Shown here: piece by piece, positions 27,769-35,993 of the stretch | How positions within the stretch are numbered: position 1 is the stretch's first letter | Layout of the letters: every line of letters begins with the position of its first letter | Virus record (IMG/VR): IMGVR_UViG_3300045988_131014 | Location: 1-64,000 of that record | DNA: 64,000 nt | Source: a virus | Strand: one strand, 5' to 3' | The notes under the pieces: generated by a model | What the model was told of the DNA's origin: nothing | Databases searched by the model: none | Seen by the model: only the letters and a program-made list of their open reading frames with translations | Program-made: the position numbers and the translations under genes

Positions 27769-28308
27769 ATGCTATTATACAAAAACGTAGATATTTGTGA
27801 TTTGAAATCCATAATGGAGAATGGAATTCTGAGCATGGATGAGTGTGGAAACAACAATTGGGACAAAGGAAAACGAGCAGAAAACGATACATCGGTGGTA
27901 TATTTATTTAGCCCGATCGGTAAACAGAACTCATTCCCTAATTATGGTGCAGCATTACTGGAGGTTCAATGTGAAGCAAAGGAAAACAAAATCGGTAAAA
28001 CAGATACGCATGTAGACGATTACATAGAATATATTACAAAAAGAGTTGAACCATCAGAAATAAAAAGAGTTATTATTCCTAAAATTTTTAAAGATTACAT
28101 TTCAGTTCATCAAAATGTTGGAATTACATGGTGTGAATTGAAGGCAGAACGTTATGGGGATAATGGATTAGAAGAATGTAGCAATAAAATTTTGGAACAG
28201 TTTGCAAAAACCGCCCAATTAATGGATTCTACAGATTTTAACTTCTTTAGAGGCACAACGGAAAAACGCACGATGATTGATTTGTACAATATAGAATACA
28301 TATTCTAA
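27769..28308 (+). CDS. hypothetical protein
   Basis: 179-aa ORF with SD AACGGAG upstream. Confidence 0.65.
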   Translation: MLLYKNVDICDLKSIMENGILSMDECGNNNWDKGKRAENDTSVVYLFSPIGKQNSFPNYGAALLEVQCEAKENKIGKTDTHVDDYIEYITKRVEPSEIKRVIIPKIFKDYISVHQNVGITWCELKAERYGDNGLEECSNKILEQFAKTAQLMDSTDFNFFRGTTEKRTMIDLYNIEYIF

Positions 28309-28349
28309 GTAAATAATAGTTTCTTTTGGAAGATTGGAGTGAGATTTAT

Positions 28350-28586
28350 ATGTTTAAATGGAAAGATTATGAGGAAAATACGGCACTATTCATTGATGGA
28401 ATTAGTGAAAATGTAGCAATTTTAAGATACAAAGATTTTCAGTTGACAGATGCAGCTACAGGATTAAAAGTGAAAATGAAATCGTCCAATATTGATGAGG
28501 CGAAAGTTGATTCTGAAAATTTCTTGAAAGAATTTTGGAACAGAGTAGAGAATAATTATAAGAGAAACTTAGATGCATTAAATTAA
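28350..28586 (+). CDS. hypothetical protein
   Basis: TTTCTTTTGG box plus TTGGAG SD upstream. Confidence 0.6.
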   Translation: MFKWKDYEENTALFIDGISENVAILRYKDFQLTDAATGLKVKMKSSNIDEAKVDSENFLKEFWNRVENNYKRNLDALN

Positions 28587-28628
28587 AAGCCAAGTAAACC
28601 AAGTTTTCTTTTGGAAGGAATGAATAAT

Positions 28629-28829
28629 ATGAATGATGTATTAGAACAGCGATTAGCTGCAAAGAAGCGAGATTTGGAAAATCAACAAGAATATTTCAGA
28701 ATTGATATGAAAAACATTGAACAATCAAATTATGAAGATAATGCTATTAATGCATTATTATACATGAAGAAACTGAAAACGGAAATTGCAGAGTTAGAGT
28801 TAGTGATGCAGTTGAAAAAAGACAAATGA
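28629..28829 (+). CDS. hypothetical coiled-coil-like protein
   Basis: TTTCTTTTGG box plus GGAAGGA SD upstream. Confidence 0.6.
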   Translation: MNDVLEQRLAAKKRDLENQQEYFRIDMKNIEQSNYEDNAINALLYMKKLKTEIAELELVMQLKKDK

Positions 28830-28870
28830 ACTCTAAGCTTACTTATGTATAGAAAGAAGAATAAATTTGT

Positions 28871-29089
28871 ATGGAGATACCTAAATATATACAGAATAAG
28901 ATCAAGCAACAAAATGAAGCTTGTAAAAAAGCAAGTAAACTAGAAGCAGAAATTGAAAATTGGTGTCAATTATCTGGATTTAATCCATATTCGAAAGAAT
29001 ATAAAGAAATTAAAGGTAGATTAGTAGATGCAGTTGCACCATTAAATGCAGATAAGATAAAAGAGATTGCCAATACAATTGAGTATTAA
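28871..29089 (+). CDS. hypothetical protein
   Basis: 72-aa ORF. Confidence 0.55.
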   Translation: MEIPKYIQNKIKQQNEACKKASKLEAEIENWCQLSGFNPYSKEYKEIKGRLVDAVAPLNADKIKEIANTIEY

Positions 29090-29125
29090 ATGTTACTAAG
29101 AATTTTAAGTTTTAAGGAGAGCAAT

Positions 29126-29431
29126 GTGAATAAAGAAATAGAGGATAGATTAAGACAAGAACATGATCAGTGGTATATTGATATTACAGACATTGCGATT
29201 GAAATGTTCGGTGATATTGTTGATAAGGTAGAAATTACTGATTTTTATGATTATACAAAAGAAGAAGCAATTGAAGGCGCAAAAGCTCTTATTGAAAAAT
29301 GGAAAATAAATTCAAAAGATTCTGGGATTACCTTTGATGGAGAAAATATGCTTGTTACTTTTAAAAATGGAAAGAAAATTGAAATTTGGAACTCTGAATG
29401 GGGTGGAATTAGATTCCCAGAAGCCAAGTAA
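29126..29431 (+). CDS. hypothetical protein (GTG start)
   Basis: AAGGAG 6 nt upstream of the GTG. Confidence 0.55.
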   Translation: MNKEIEDRLRQEHDQWYIDITDIAIEMFGDIVDKVEITDFYDYTKEEAIEGAKALIEKWKINSKDSGITFDGENMLVTFKNGKKIEIWNSEWGGIRFPEAK

Positions 29432-29460
29432 ATTTTAATTTTACTATGAAAGGAAAACCT

Positions 29461-29709
29461 ATGGGATATTCGGGAACAATTAAAAATGTTATTATTAACA
29501 TAACTACTCAAAATGATATATATGTAAATATAACCAGTACAACTAGAATGCATATATATAAAGAAGATCTTGATAAAATATGGTATATAGTTGCTTGCGA
29601 AGTTTTAAAAAATAAAAAATATATAGAAGAATCAAATATGTCGGCTTGCAACATAGAAGATTTAAAAAGAATTGTTGGAATTAGCTATATGCATTGTAAT
29701 GAAATTTAA
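29461..29709 (+). CDS. hypothetical protein
   Basis: GAAAGGAAAA upstream of MGYSGT. Confidence 0.55.
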   Translation: MGYSGTIKNVIINITTQNDIYVNITSTTRMHIYKEDLDKIWYIVACEVLKNKKYIEESNMSACNIEDLKRIVGISYMHCNEI

Positions 29710-29739
29710 CTTTCCTTTGGTATAGAAATGGAGAATATT

Positions 29740-30018
29740 ATGTTGAGAAGAAATTTATTTATAGGCATTCCAAATGATAAACTAAAGGAATGCTATGAAA
29801 GTTATAAGCGTGTCAGTTGTAAAAATGACGAAGAAAAGGAATTGTTTTCAGAACTTGTAACAGAATATAGAACTTTTGTGGAAAGTGAACATCCAAAAGC
29901 AGCAGAAGCGATTTGTCAAGCTGATATGTTTAATGAGATCGCACATAGATTTTTCAAAATTGTAGATGTTATTAAGGACAAAGAATTTTGTGAGATCATG
30001 GGAATTGAGGTAAAGTAA
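29740..30018 (+). CDS. hypothetical protein
   Basis: TTTCCTTTGG box plus ATGGAG SD upstream. Confidence 0.6.
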   Translation: MLRRNLFIGIPNDKLKECYESYKRVSCKNDEEKELFSELVTEYRTFVESEHPKAAEAICQADMFNEIAHRFFKIVDVIKDKEFCEIMGIEVK

Positions 30019-30186
30019 ATGAAAGATTATAAAGAGTGGGCTTCTTTGAAAAAAGGAGATGAAGTTACAGATTTTTTTAGGAAAAAAACGGGTGTCATTA
30101 TTAGTAATGTTGGTATAGGATATACTGTAGAATGGAAAGATGGAACAAAAGAACGAATTACAAATGGAATGTTATATAAAAAATAA
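30019..30186 (+). CDS. hypothetical small protein
   Basis: 55-aa ORF, TAAATG junction. Confidence 0.45.
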   Translation: MKDYKEWASLKKGDEVTDFFRKKTGVIISNVGIGYTVEWKDGTKERITNGMLYKK

Positions 30187-30266
30187 AGCGATGAAGAATA
30201 TGGTGAAGAAAATTATACAATTGAATCATCATGCTATTAAATTAACTTTCCTTTGGAGGTGATTCT

Positions 30267-30485
30267 ATGGGAATGGAAATAGAAGTTATTGCAACAATAT
30301 GGTATACGGTACATCTAAGCGATGAAGATGTAAAGAAAGTAAAACAATGGATAAAAGACCATGAAGATGATTTGCCGAGCTTTGACATGAAAGAGAATAT
30401 ATCAGAAGCAGTACATGAATTATATGCAAACGGTGAAATTTCTTTTTATGAGGATGGAAAATGTACAGAAAGCGATTTCTTTTGA
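30267..30485 (+). CDS. hypothetical protein
   Basis: TTTCCTTTGGAGGTG directly upstream. Confidence 0.65.
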   Translation: MGMEIEVIATIWYTVHLSDEDVKKVKQWIKDHEDDLPSFDMKENISEAVHELYANGEISFYEDGKCTESDFF

Positions 30486-30506
30486 AAATTTGGAGGTGAA
30501 TAGATA

Positions 30507-30758
30507 ATGGATAATATAGTTTATATGTTTGGAATTGCTATTTTAGAACATGATGGATATTGTGATCCTATGGATGACAGTACACAGTATAAAGTTATTA
30601 AATGGAAACTTTCAGATATGAATAAATATAACGGAGAATATGCTGTTATAGGATTCGATGGTTCATTGAAAATATATGAATCAGAAGGTAAAAAAATATT
30701 TGACGGCTCATTACTTGATTCCTCTGATTTTTGTAATAAATTAAGAGAAAAGATATAA
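30507..30758 (+). CDS. hypothetical protein
   Basis: TTGGAGGTG upstream. Confidence 0.65.
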   Translation: MDNIVYMFGIAILEHDGYCDPMDDSTQYKVIKWKLSDMNKYNGEYAVIGFDGSLKIYESEGKKIFDGSLLDSSDFCNKLREKI

Positions 30759-30860
30759 CCCAAAGAAAAATTGCTTTCAAGTGGAGGCAGATGTGTTATA
30801 TAATATTGGTGATAAATTGAAATGTAAACATGAATTTAGCGGTGAAACCGAGGAGCAGCA

Positions 30861-31127
30861 ATGATTAATTTGAATTGGTTGAAAAATAAGATATGTGAAA
30901 AAGAGATTGTTTGGGATAAAATCCGAATGTACGGAGAGGAGGAACATCAATTCAGCTATTGGATAATGGCAGTCATCTCCACCGATAATAAGATAGAATG
31001 GTATGTAAAAAATACAGCTATTAACGAAGTTATTTTCGAAGGAAATACATATGAATCCTGTGTTAATTTTCTTGAAACACTTATAAATAAGTTGGTTGAA
31101 ACTGGAAAATATAAATATTTGGAATAA
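30861..31127 (+). CDS. hypothetical protein
   Basis: ATGA-coupled to a 22-codon SD-preceded ORF (30795..30863). Confidence 0.6.
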   Translation: MINLNWLKNKICEKEIVWDKIRMYGEEEHQFSYWIMAVISTDNKIEWYVKNTAINEVIFEGNTYESCVNFLETLINKLVETGKYKYLE

Positions 31128-31136
31128 ATGAAAGTA

Positions 31137-31162
31137 GAAGCAGAATAAACTGCTTCTTTTTT
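31137..31162 (+). terminator. Rho-independent terminator
   Basis: GAAGCAG..CTGCTTC followed by TTTTTT. Confidence 0.75.
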
Positions 31163-31186
31163 AATGCAGAAAACGAGGTGATAATA

Positions 31187-31453
31187 ATGAATATGGGAAA
31201 TCCAAAAAGAGCATCAAGATTTTTATGTCTTCACTGTATGAAAATTAATCAGTTAGGAAGTGGTATACAGAGAAATGGAAATCAGCGTAAGAAGAAACAT
31301 ATCAAAGACTTAACATGTTTTAATGAAGGCTGTGATGGAGAAATCACGAAAAACGTAGAAATTCGTTGGTGTGACGATTATCTGGAAATGTTGGATTATG
31401 CTCAACGAATTAGATCACGTTATTATACGGATAAAGTAGAGAATAATATGTAG
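31187..31453 (+). CDS. hypothetical zinc-ribbon protein
   Basis: CGAGGTG SD upstream; CLHC..CFNEGC. Confidence 0.6.
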   Translation: MNMGNPKRASRFLCLHCMKINQLGSGIQRNGNQRKKKHIKDLTCFNEGCDGEITKNVEIRWCDDYLEMLDYAQRIRSRYYTDKVENNM

Positions 31454-31469
31454 GAAGGTGGAATATAGT

Positions 31470-31739
31470 ATGGAAAGTTATAAAATTAGTTATAATGGTG
31501 ATACTCAAATTAAAAATATTCACCATATAGGTGTTGATTATAATGGAAATTATTATAGCGTGATTTTCGGAGAATATGTAAATGGAGGATTCTTTAGTAT
31601 TCCAAATTGGAATTGCGGTGGTGAGTTAGCTGGGTTTAGTGATGTGTTTTGGAATACAGAATCTATTCAGAAATCATTAAAAAGTAAAAGAGCAGCTAAA
31701 GCTATTGCAAAAGCGATATCAGATTATGTAAAGGAGTGA
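31470..31739 (+). CDS. hypothetical protein
   Basis: GGAAGGTGG SD upstream. Confidence 0.6.
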   Translation: MESYKISYNGDTQIKNIHHIGVDYNGNYYSVIFGEYVNGGFFSIPNWNCGGELAGFSDVFWNTESIQKSLKSKRAAKAIAKAISDYVKE

Positions 31740-31744
31740 TTGGT

Positions 31745-32725
31745 ATGTGTTATAAGATAGAAGTACAAAATAGAAACGCAGAGAAGCTTAATAGGAAGTT
31801 GGATGAGTTAAATCTTCCTATATATATGAGAAAATATTTCACTGTTAGAATAGAGAGTAAAGCAGGTGCGTTGAATTATCTTGGAGTTATTGTAGATTTA
31901 CTCAATTGGTTTATTGAAGAAAAACTTATTGACAAAACAAATATTTCAGATATTAAGCCATCGGATTTTACCGATATTATGGCAGAGGATATTACATTAT
32001 ATTTGAAAACTAAAGAACAGAATGGTATGTCACCAACCACATTGGAAACTAGAAAGCATATGATAAGTAGCTTTTGGGATTATATGAGTAGAGTAATGGG
32101 AGCTGAAATTAAAGATAAATTCTTCAAAGATGTAACATATAAAGGAATTCCATCTGGAAACAATTTAACTAAAAAACTTCCAACAGAAAAACAGCTTAAT
32201 GATATGGAAGAGAAAATAATGTGGAAAAAGGATATTCCAGTAAGAAATAGAAATATTGCTATCTTTCGTGTATTAAGAGGAACTGGAATAAGAGAATCTG
32301 AACTTGCTGGTTTAGATTTATCTGATTTACATTTGGACGAAGAAATGCCATATATTACTATTCTTGGTAAAGGTGTGTACCGAGAAATGCAAAATAGAGC
32401 AGTATATCTTAGCGGATCTGCTCTGAAAGCATTAAGAGAATGGTTAGAATACAGAAGCACCTTAGATAATATTGTAGATACGGAAGCTGTGTTTGTAAAT
32501 AAAAATGGCACACGTACAACGGAAAGAAATATCAAACAGATATTTGAGAATTATGGAAATGGTATTACTCCACATATGATGCGACATTATTATGCTAGTA
32601 TAATGAACAGAAATGGAAATCTTGCATTTGTTCAGCAGCAGTTGGGGCATAGTAGTGTAAATACAACAGTTAATAATTATGCAAACGGAGCTGTTGGTAT
32701 GAGAGAAAAATTAATGGAGATGTGA
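31745..32725 (+). CDS. tyrosine recombinase (XerC/XerD-like integrase)
   Basis: RGTGIRESEL (Arg I), HMMRHYYAS (HxxR), LGHSSVNTTVNNY (His..Tyr). Confidence 0.85.
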   Translation: MCYKIEVQNRNAEKLNRKLDELNLPIYMRKYFTVRIESKAGALNYLGVIVDLLNWFIEEKLIDKTNISDIKPSDFTDIMAEDITLYLKTKEQNGMSPTTLETRKHMISSFWDYMSRVMGAEIKDKFFKDVTYKGIPSGNNLTKKLPTEKQLNDMEEKIMWKKDIPVRNRNIAIFRVLRGTGIRESELAGLDLSDLHLDEEMPYITILGKGVYREMQNRAVYLSGSALKALREWLEYRSTLDNIVDTEAVFVNKNGTRTTERNIKQIFENYGNGITPHMMRHYYASIMNRNGNLAFVQQQLGHSSVNTTVNNYANGAVGMREKLMEM

Positions 32726-32732
32726 TTTGATT

Positions 32733-32927
32733 ATGGTTGAATATATTGGGAAGAAAATCAGAACTGAAAATAAAATAACAGTAAGAGGGCTTGCGAAAAT
32801 GGCTGATATTGCACCAAGTACAATTAGCAAATGGGAAAATGGAAGTGCTGTTCCTGATTTAGCTGTATTGGATTTGGTTGCCAAAGCTATGAAAGTGAAT
32901 CCGTTTGATTTGGTTAAATTTGTGTAA
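32733..32927 (+). CDS. XRE-family helix-turn-helix protein
   Basis: ITVRGLAKMADIAPSTISKWENG..PDL..L..VAKAMKV. Confidence 0.75.
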   Translation: MVEYIGKKIRTENKITVRGLAKMADIAPSTISKWENGSAVPDLAVLDLVAKAMKVNPFDLVKFV

Positions 32928-32940
32928 TATGTATACGACA

Positions 32941-33114
32941 CTAATTTTTAGTGTCGCTGTGAACTTTGTTAACTTCGTTTGTTACGAGATTTCGAATCCA
33001 CCCAGATAAGGTTCGCCCATCTGTACATGCAATTTTTTCAGCCTTTGCTTTAACGTCTCTTGATAAGACAACCATTACTCTTGTGTTCTCTGGTTTGATT
33101 TTACCTTGTGGCAT
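32941..33114 (-). CDS. ribbon-helix-helix (CopG/MetJ-like) protein, candidate antitoxin/repressor
   Basis: 57 aa with SD AAAGGAG. RVMVVLSRDVKAKAEKIACTDGRTLSGWIRNLV is the RHH pattern. Divergent from mazF. Confidence 0.6.
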   Translation of the reverse strand: MPQGKIKPENTRVMVVLSRDVKAKAEKIACTDGRTLSGWIRNLVTNEVNKVHSDTKN

Positions 33115-33202
33115 ATTATCTTCTCCTTTATCATTTTATAAACTATATTATAAGTTGTTGTAAACTGTATGTCAATTATTTTAAAAAACTGGCATAAACC
33201 TA

Positions 33203-33231
33203 TTGACAAGTTGTCATCAACTTGCTATAAT
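33203..33231 (+). promoter_or_regulatory. perfect-consensus sigma-A promoter with palindromic operator in the spacer
   Basis: TTGACA - 17 nt - TATAAT; the spacer contains CAAGTTG-tcat-CAACTTG. Confidence 0.8.
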
Positions 33232-33300
33232 GCGAAGCATAAGAAGTAAACAAAAGATAAAAACGTAGGACATTACATAAGAAGAAAGGAGGTAAAAGGA

Positions 33301-33666
33301 ATGACTGTAAACTTTGGGGATGTTATGATGATTGACTTTGGAGAAGACAATATTAATTCAGTTCAAGTAGGAGTAAGACCAGATGTGATCATTCAGAACG
33401 ACATCGGGAACAAATATTCTCCAACCTCAATAGCTGTTCCTTTGACCAGTGAAATCAAGAAATTAAATATGCCATGTCATAAAGTCCTACATATGAATGA
33501 ACAAAATGGCTTGACGGAAGATTCAATGGTGCTTGGAGAGCAAGTAAGGGTAATTGACAAAAATTCGATATTATACAAAATGGGCACTTTAAACGATGGT
33601 GAATGTGATCTTGTCGTTAAAGCATATTTTGCAAATGTACCTAGAAGGAGGGTTAGTTGTGGCTGA
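33301..33666 (+). CDS. mazF: MazF/PemK-family endoribonuclease toxin
   Basis: GDVMMIDFG..VGVRPDVIIQND..N..SPTSIAVPLTS..LTEDSMVLGEQVRVIDK is collinear with the PemK family. Confidence 0.8.
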   Translation: MTVNFGDVMMIDFGEDNINSVQVGVRPDVIIQNDIGNKYSPTSIAVPLTSEIKKLNMPCHKVLHMNEQNGLTEDSMVLGEQVRVIDKNSILYKMGTLNDGECDLVVKAYFANVPRRRVSCG

Positions 33667-33961
33667 ATATAAGACTATCACAAAGAAAGAATTGACAGAA
33701 TTGCTTGATAAATATCCAGAAGATGAAGAGTTCAATATTATCCAAACTCAACTTGGAATGACAATTATTCCATTAGGAGGGCGGATAGCAAATAAGGTAG
33801 ACATTTTGGAAATTGCAAATGCAGCAAAAACAATGATTTATTCAGAGAATAAATTCATGTCACAAGTTGACATGCACAGTGTAAGGCAAGATATATTTAA
33901 TATAGAAAGAAATGGTGTAATGAATACGTTACTACTGCCGAGATTTTCTAATAAAGAATAA
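33659..33961 (+). CDS. hypothetical protein overlapping mazF 3' end (GTG start)
   Basis: GAAGGAGGG 6 nt upstream of the GTG; 8-nt overlap with mazF. Confidence 0.55.
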   Translation: MAEYKTITKKELTELLDKYPEDEEFNIIQTQLGMTIIPLGGRIANKVDILEIANAAKTMIYSENKFMSQVDMHSVRQDIFNIERNGVMNTLLLPRFSNKE

Positions 33962-34042
33962 TTTTAGTGTCCTGATTATAGGACACCATACATATTAAAA
34001 TGCAAACATGAACAAGAAATCGAACAAGTGTTTGTTTTATAC

Positions 34043-34071
34043 TTGACACAAACATATGTTTGGACTATGAT
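34043..34071 (+). promoter_or_regulatory. sigma-A type promoter with palindromic operator
   Basis: TTGACA - 17 nt - TATGAT; the spacer holds the perfect palindrome CAAACATATGTTTG. Confidence 0.7.
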
Positions 34072-34265
34072 TATTATTGTAAGAGAAATAATGGAAATAA
34101 AAACAGTCCGAATGACGTGGCTGCAACCACATATGTCATTCAGACTGTAACTCAACCAACCAAGATTAAGTCATTACATATTTTGGCATAATTTTCCAGT
34201 TATGTCAAGTTCAGTATGGCTAAAATCATAGCCTGTTTCCAATATTTTATCAAAATTTAATATTT

Positions 34266-34338
34266 AGGGCATTCGCCAAGCGGTAAGGCACAGGAATTTG
34301 ATTCCTGCATTACATCAGTTCGAATCTGATATGCCCTG
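34266..34338 (+). tRNA. tRNA-Gln (anticodon TTG), no encoded CCA
   Basis: AGGGCAT/ATGCCCT acceptor, D arm GCCAAGCGGTAAGGC, anticodon stem CAGGA/TCCTG with loop ATTTGAT, T arm ATCAG-TTCGAAT-CTGAT. Confidence 0.9.
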
Positions 34339-34494
34339 CTTTGTGACATTCCACCCGGTATGTTACAGAACGCAAGTGATTTCCTTGTAAGAGCAAAATG
34401 TGTAGTTGCTATAGTTCTACCATAGTCTAATCCACTAACGGATTACAAGCTGATACTATACTTCCTGATAAACTTGCGATAGTGTCAGCGACTT
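34339..34494 (+). ncRNA. 156-nt structured spacer between tRNA-Gln and tRNA-Met (tRNA-like or small RNA, unassigned)
   Basis: Stems TAATCC-actaac-GGATTA and GATACTAT..ATAGTGTC, plus terminal pairing GTTGCT../..AGCGAC. Confidence 0.3.
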
Positions 34495-34568
34495 GGATCA
34501 TTAGCACAATTGGTTAGTGCATTCGGCTCATAACCGAAAGGCTCAGAGTTCAAGTCTCTGATGATCCA
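34495..34568 (+). tRNA. tRNA-Met family (anticodon CAT), no encoded CCA
   Basis: GGATCAT/ATGATCC acceptor, D stem GCAC/GTGC, anticodon stem TTCGG/CCGAA with loop CTCATAA, T arm CAGAG-TTCAAGT-CTCTG. Confidence 0.9.
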
Positions 34569-34593
34569 TTGCTAAATCAAACAAAGAGAGGAG

Positions 34594-35211
34594 ATGATTA
34601 CGTTGGCACAATATGTAATTACAGACGGTTCTCGTTGGATTATGAGAAATCGTAATGGTAAATATGTTCCAACATCTTACGAAGCATTGGCTGATATATT
34701 TTCAAATAAAGTAGCCAATAATCTATATAATAACTCGCTACCCAAAGCCTTGAAATCAGTATTTCATATCCAGAAAATTGATACCCCACCCGATAATATA
34801 AAGCAGATTACACAATCAGAAGTGGAAAATAATACCGAAAAAGTTATGGTTGCTGAAAATATCCAGAAATGGATTGACAAAATAACTGATCTTAATGGAT
34901 TAGCAACAGATGCATTACATAGAAAAGAAGAGTTGTGTGAAGAACTTAGCTTTGTAGACATGGAATTATCCGATATCAATCATTATATAGAATTTTGCAA
35001 TCTTAATGCAGCACAGGGATGGAAAGCATATAAGATGATAAAGGAACGGAGGATAAAAAGAAGAAGTATCAAAAATGAGATACAAATTCTTAACATTATT
35101 CTTGATAAAAAGATTTCTGACACAGTTACAAATGAGATTTTGGAGTCCATGTCGAAAATGGATAAGCGTACATATGAACCACGAGTAATGAACGAGCTGT
35201 TTGATTTGTAA
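34594..35211 (+). CDS. hypothetical protein
   Basis: 205-aa ORF right after the tRNAs, with AGAGGAG upstream. Confidence 0.65.
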   Translation: MITLAQYVITDGSRWIMRNRNGKYVPTSYEALADIFSNKVANNLYNNSLPKALKSVFHIQKIDTPPDNIKQITQSEVENNTEKVMVAENIQKWIDKITDLNGLATDALHRKEELCEELSFVDMELSDINHYIEFCNLNAAQGWKAYKMIKERRIKRRSIKNEIQILNIILDKKISDTVTNEILESMSKMDKRTYEPRVMNELFDL

Positions 35212-35226
35212 AGGAAGGATATACAT

Positions 35227-35406
35227 ATGGTGATTTGTAAAAATTGTTACATTCCGATGATTGGAGTTATGTCGTTTTCAAAGGACAAGCATGAGAAATT
35301 CTGTCGCTGTCCTAAGTGTATGGCAGAAACAAGACATACAAAATTAGACGATTCTGGATTAAATTTTGGAGAATATTTACATAGAGAGATTAAGAAGGGG
35401 AACTAA
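35227..35406 (+). CDS. small zinc-ribbon protein
   Basis: AAGGAAGGA SD upstream; CKNC..CRCPKC. Confidence 0.55.
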   Translation: MVICKNCYIPMIGVMSFSKDKHEKFCRCPKCMAETRHTKLDDSGLNFGEYLHREIKKGN

Positions 35407-35413
35407 TTACATA

Positions 35414-35974
35414 ATGGAAATTCAAGAAATGTTGGAGTGGTACTGTGATCATAACATGTACCATTTAAAGAAAATGTGCTATCCAATGTTAATAAAAATC
35501 GGTGGTATATCAAGCAAAGATTATGATGATTTCTATTCTATTGCATTAAGCGTTTTGGCAGATGTCGCTTTAAAATACGATGAAGATAATGATTGTGATT
35601 TTGATGGTTTTTTGGCGAGCTGTATTAATAGAAAATTTAAGACAGAAATCCGTGACCGTAATCGAAAAAAACAAATACCGGCAAAGAAGTTAGAGAGTAC
35701 AAGTAATCTTGTTACAGAAGATGGACTGGAACTTGGAGAAACCATTCCATCAAAGTTTGATACATATGAAGCTGCTTGTGAATATTTGTTTGAAGGTACT
35801 AAGATTCAAAGATATTTGGATAAGTTATCATATACGCAACGCAAAATCGTTTCGCTGTTATCTGATGGATATAAGGCAAAGGAAATCAGAGAATTATTAC
35901 ATATGGATAGCAAACAATATTCTAATAATCTTGCAGCTATTCAAGCATATGAAAATGTAAAAATTTTAATGTAA
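35414..35974 (+). CDS. sigma-70 family RNA polymerase sigma factor (compact, ECF/phage-like)
   Basis: Region-4-like HTH LSYTQRKIVSLLSDGYKAKEIRELLHMDSKQYSNNLAAI; region-2-like N-terminal half. Confidence 0.65.
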   Translation: MEIQEMLEWYCDHNMYHLKKMCYPMLIKIGGISSKDYDDFYSIALSVLADVALKYDEDNDCDFDGFLASCINRKFKTEIRDRNRKKQIPAKKLESTSNLVTEDGLELGETIPSKFDTYEAACEYLFEGTKIQRYLDKLSYTQRKIVSLLSDGYKAKEIRELLHMDSKQYSNNLAAIQAYENVKILM

Positions 35975-35993
35975 ACATAAGGAGGAAATAGTC

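Noticed and set aside
27769-28308. Possible DarT-like/ADP-ribosyltransferase (LYKNVDICDLKSIMENGILS, VVYLFSP, ALLEVQCE)
   Set aside because: The resemblance is only a loose pattern. The catalytic His/Arg and the conserved motifs cannot be placed convincingly by eye. It is left as hypothetical.
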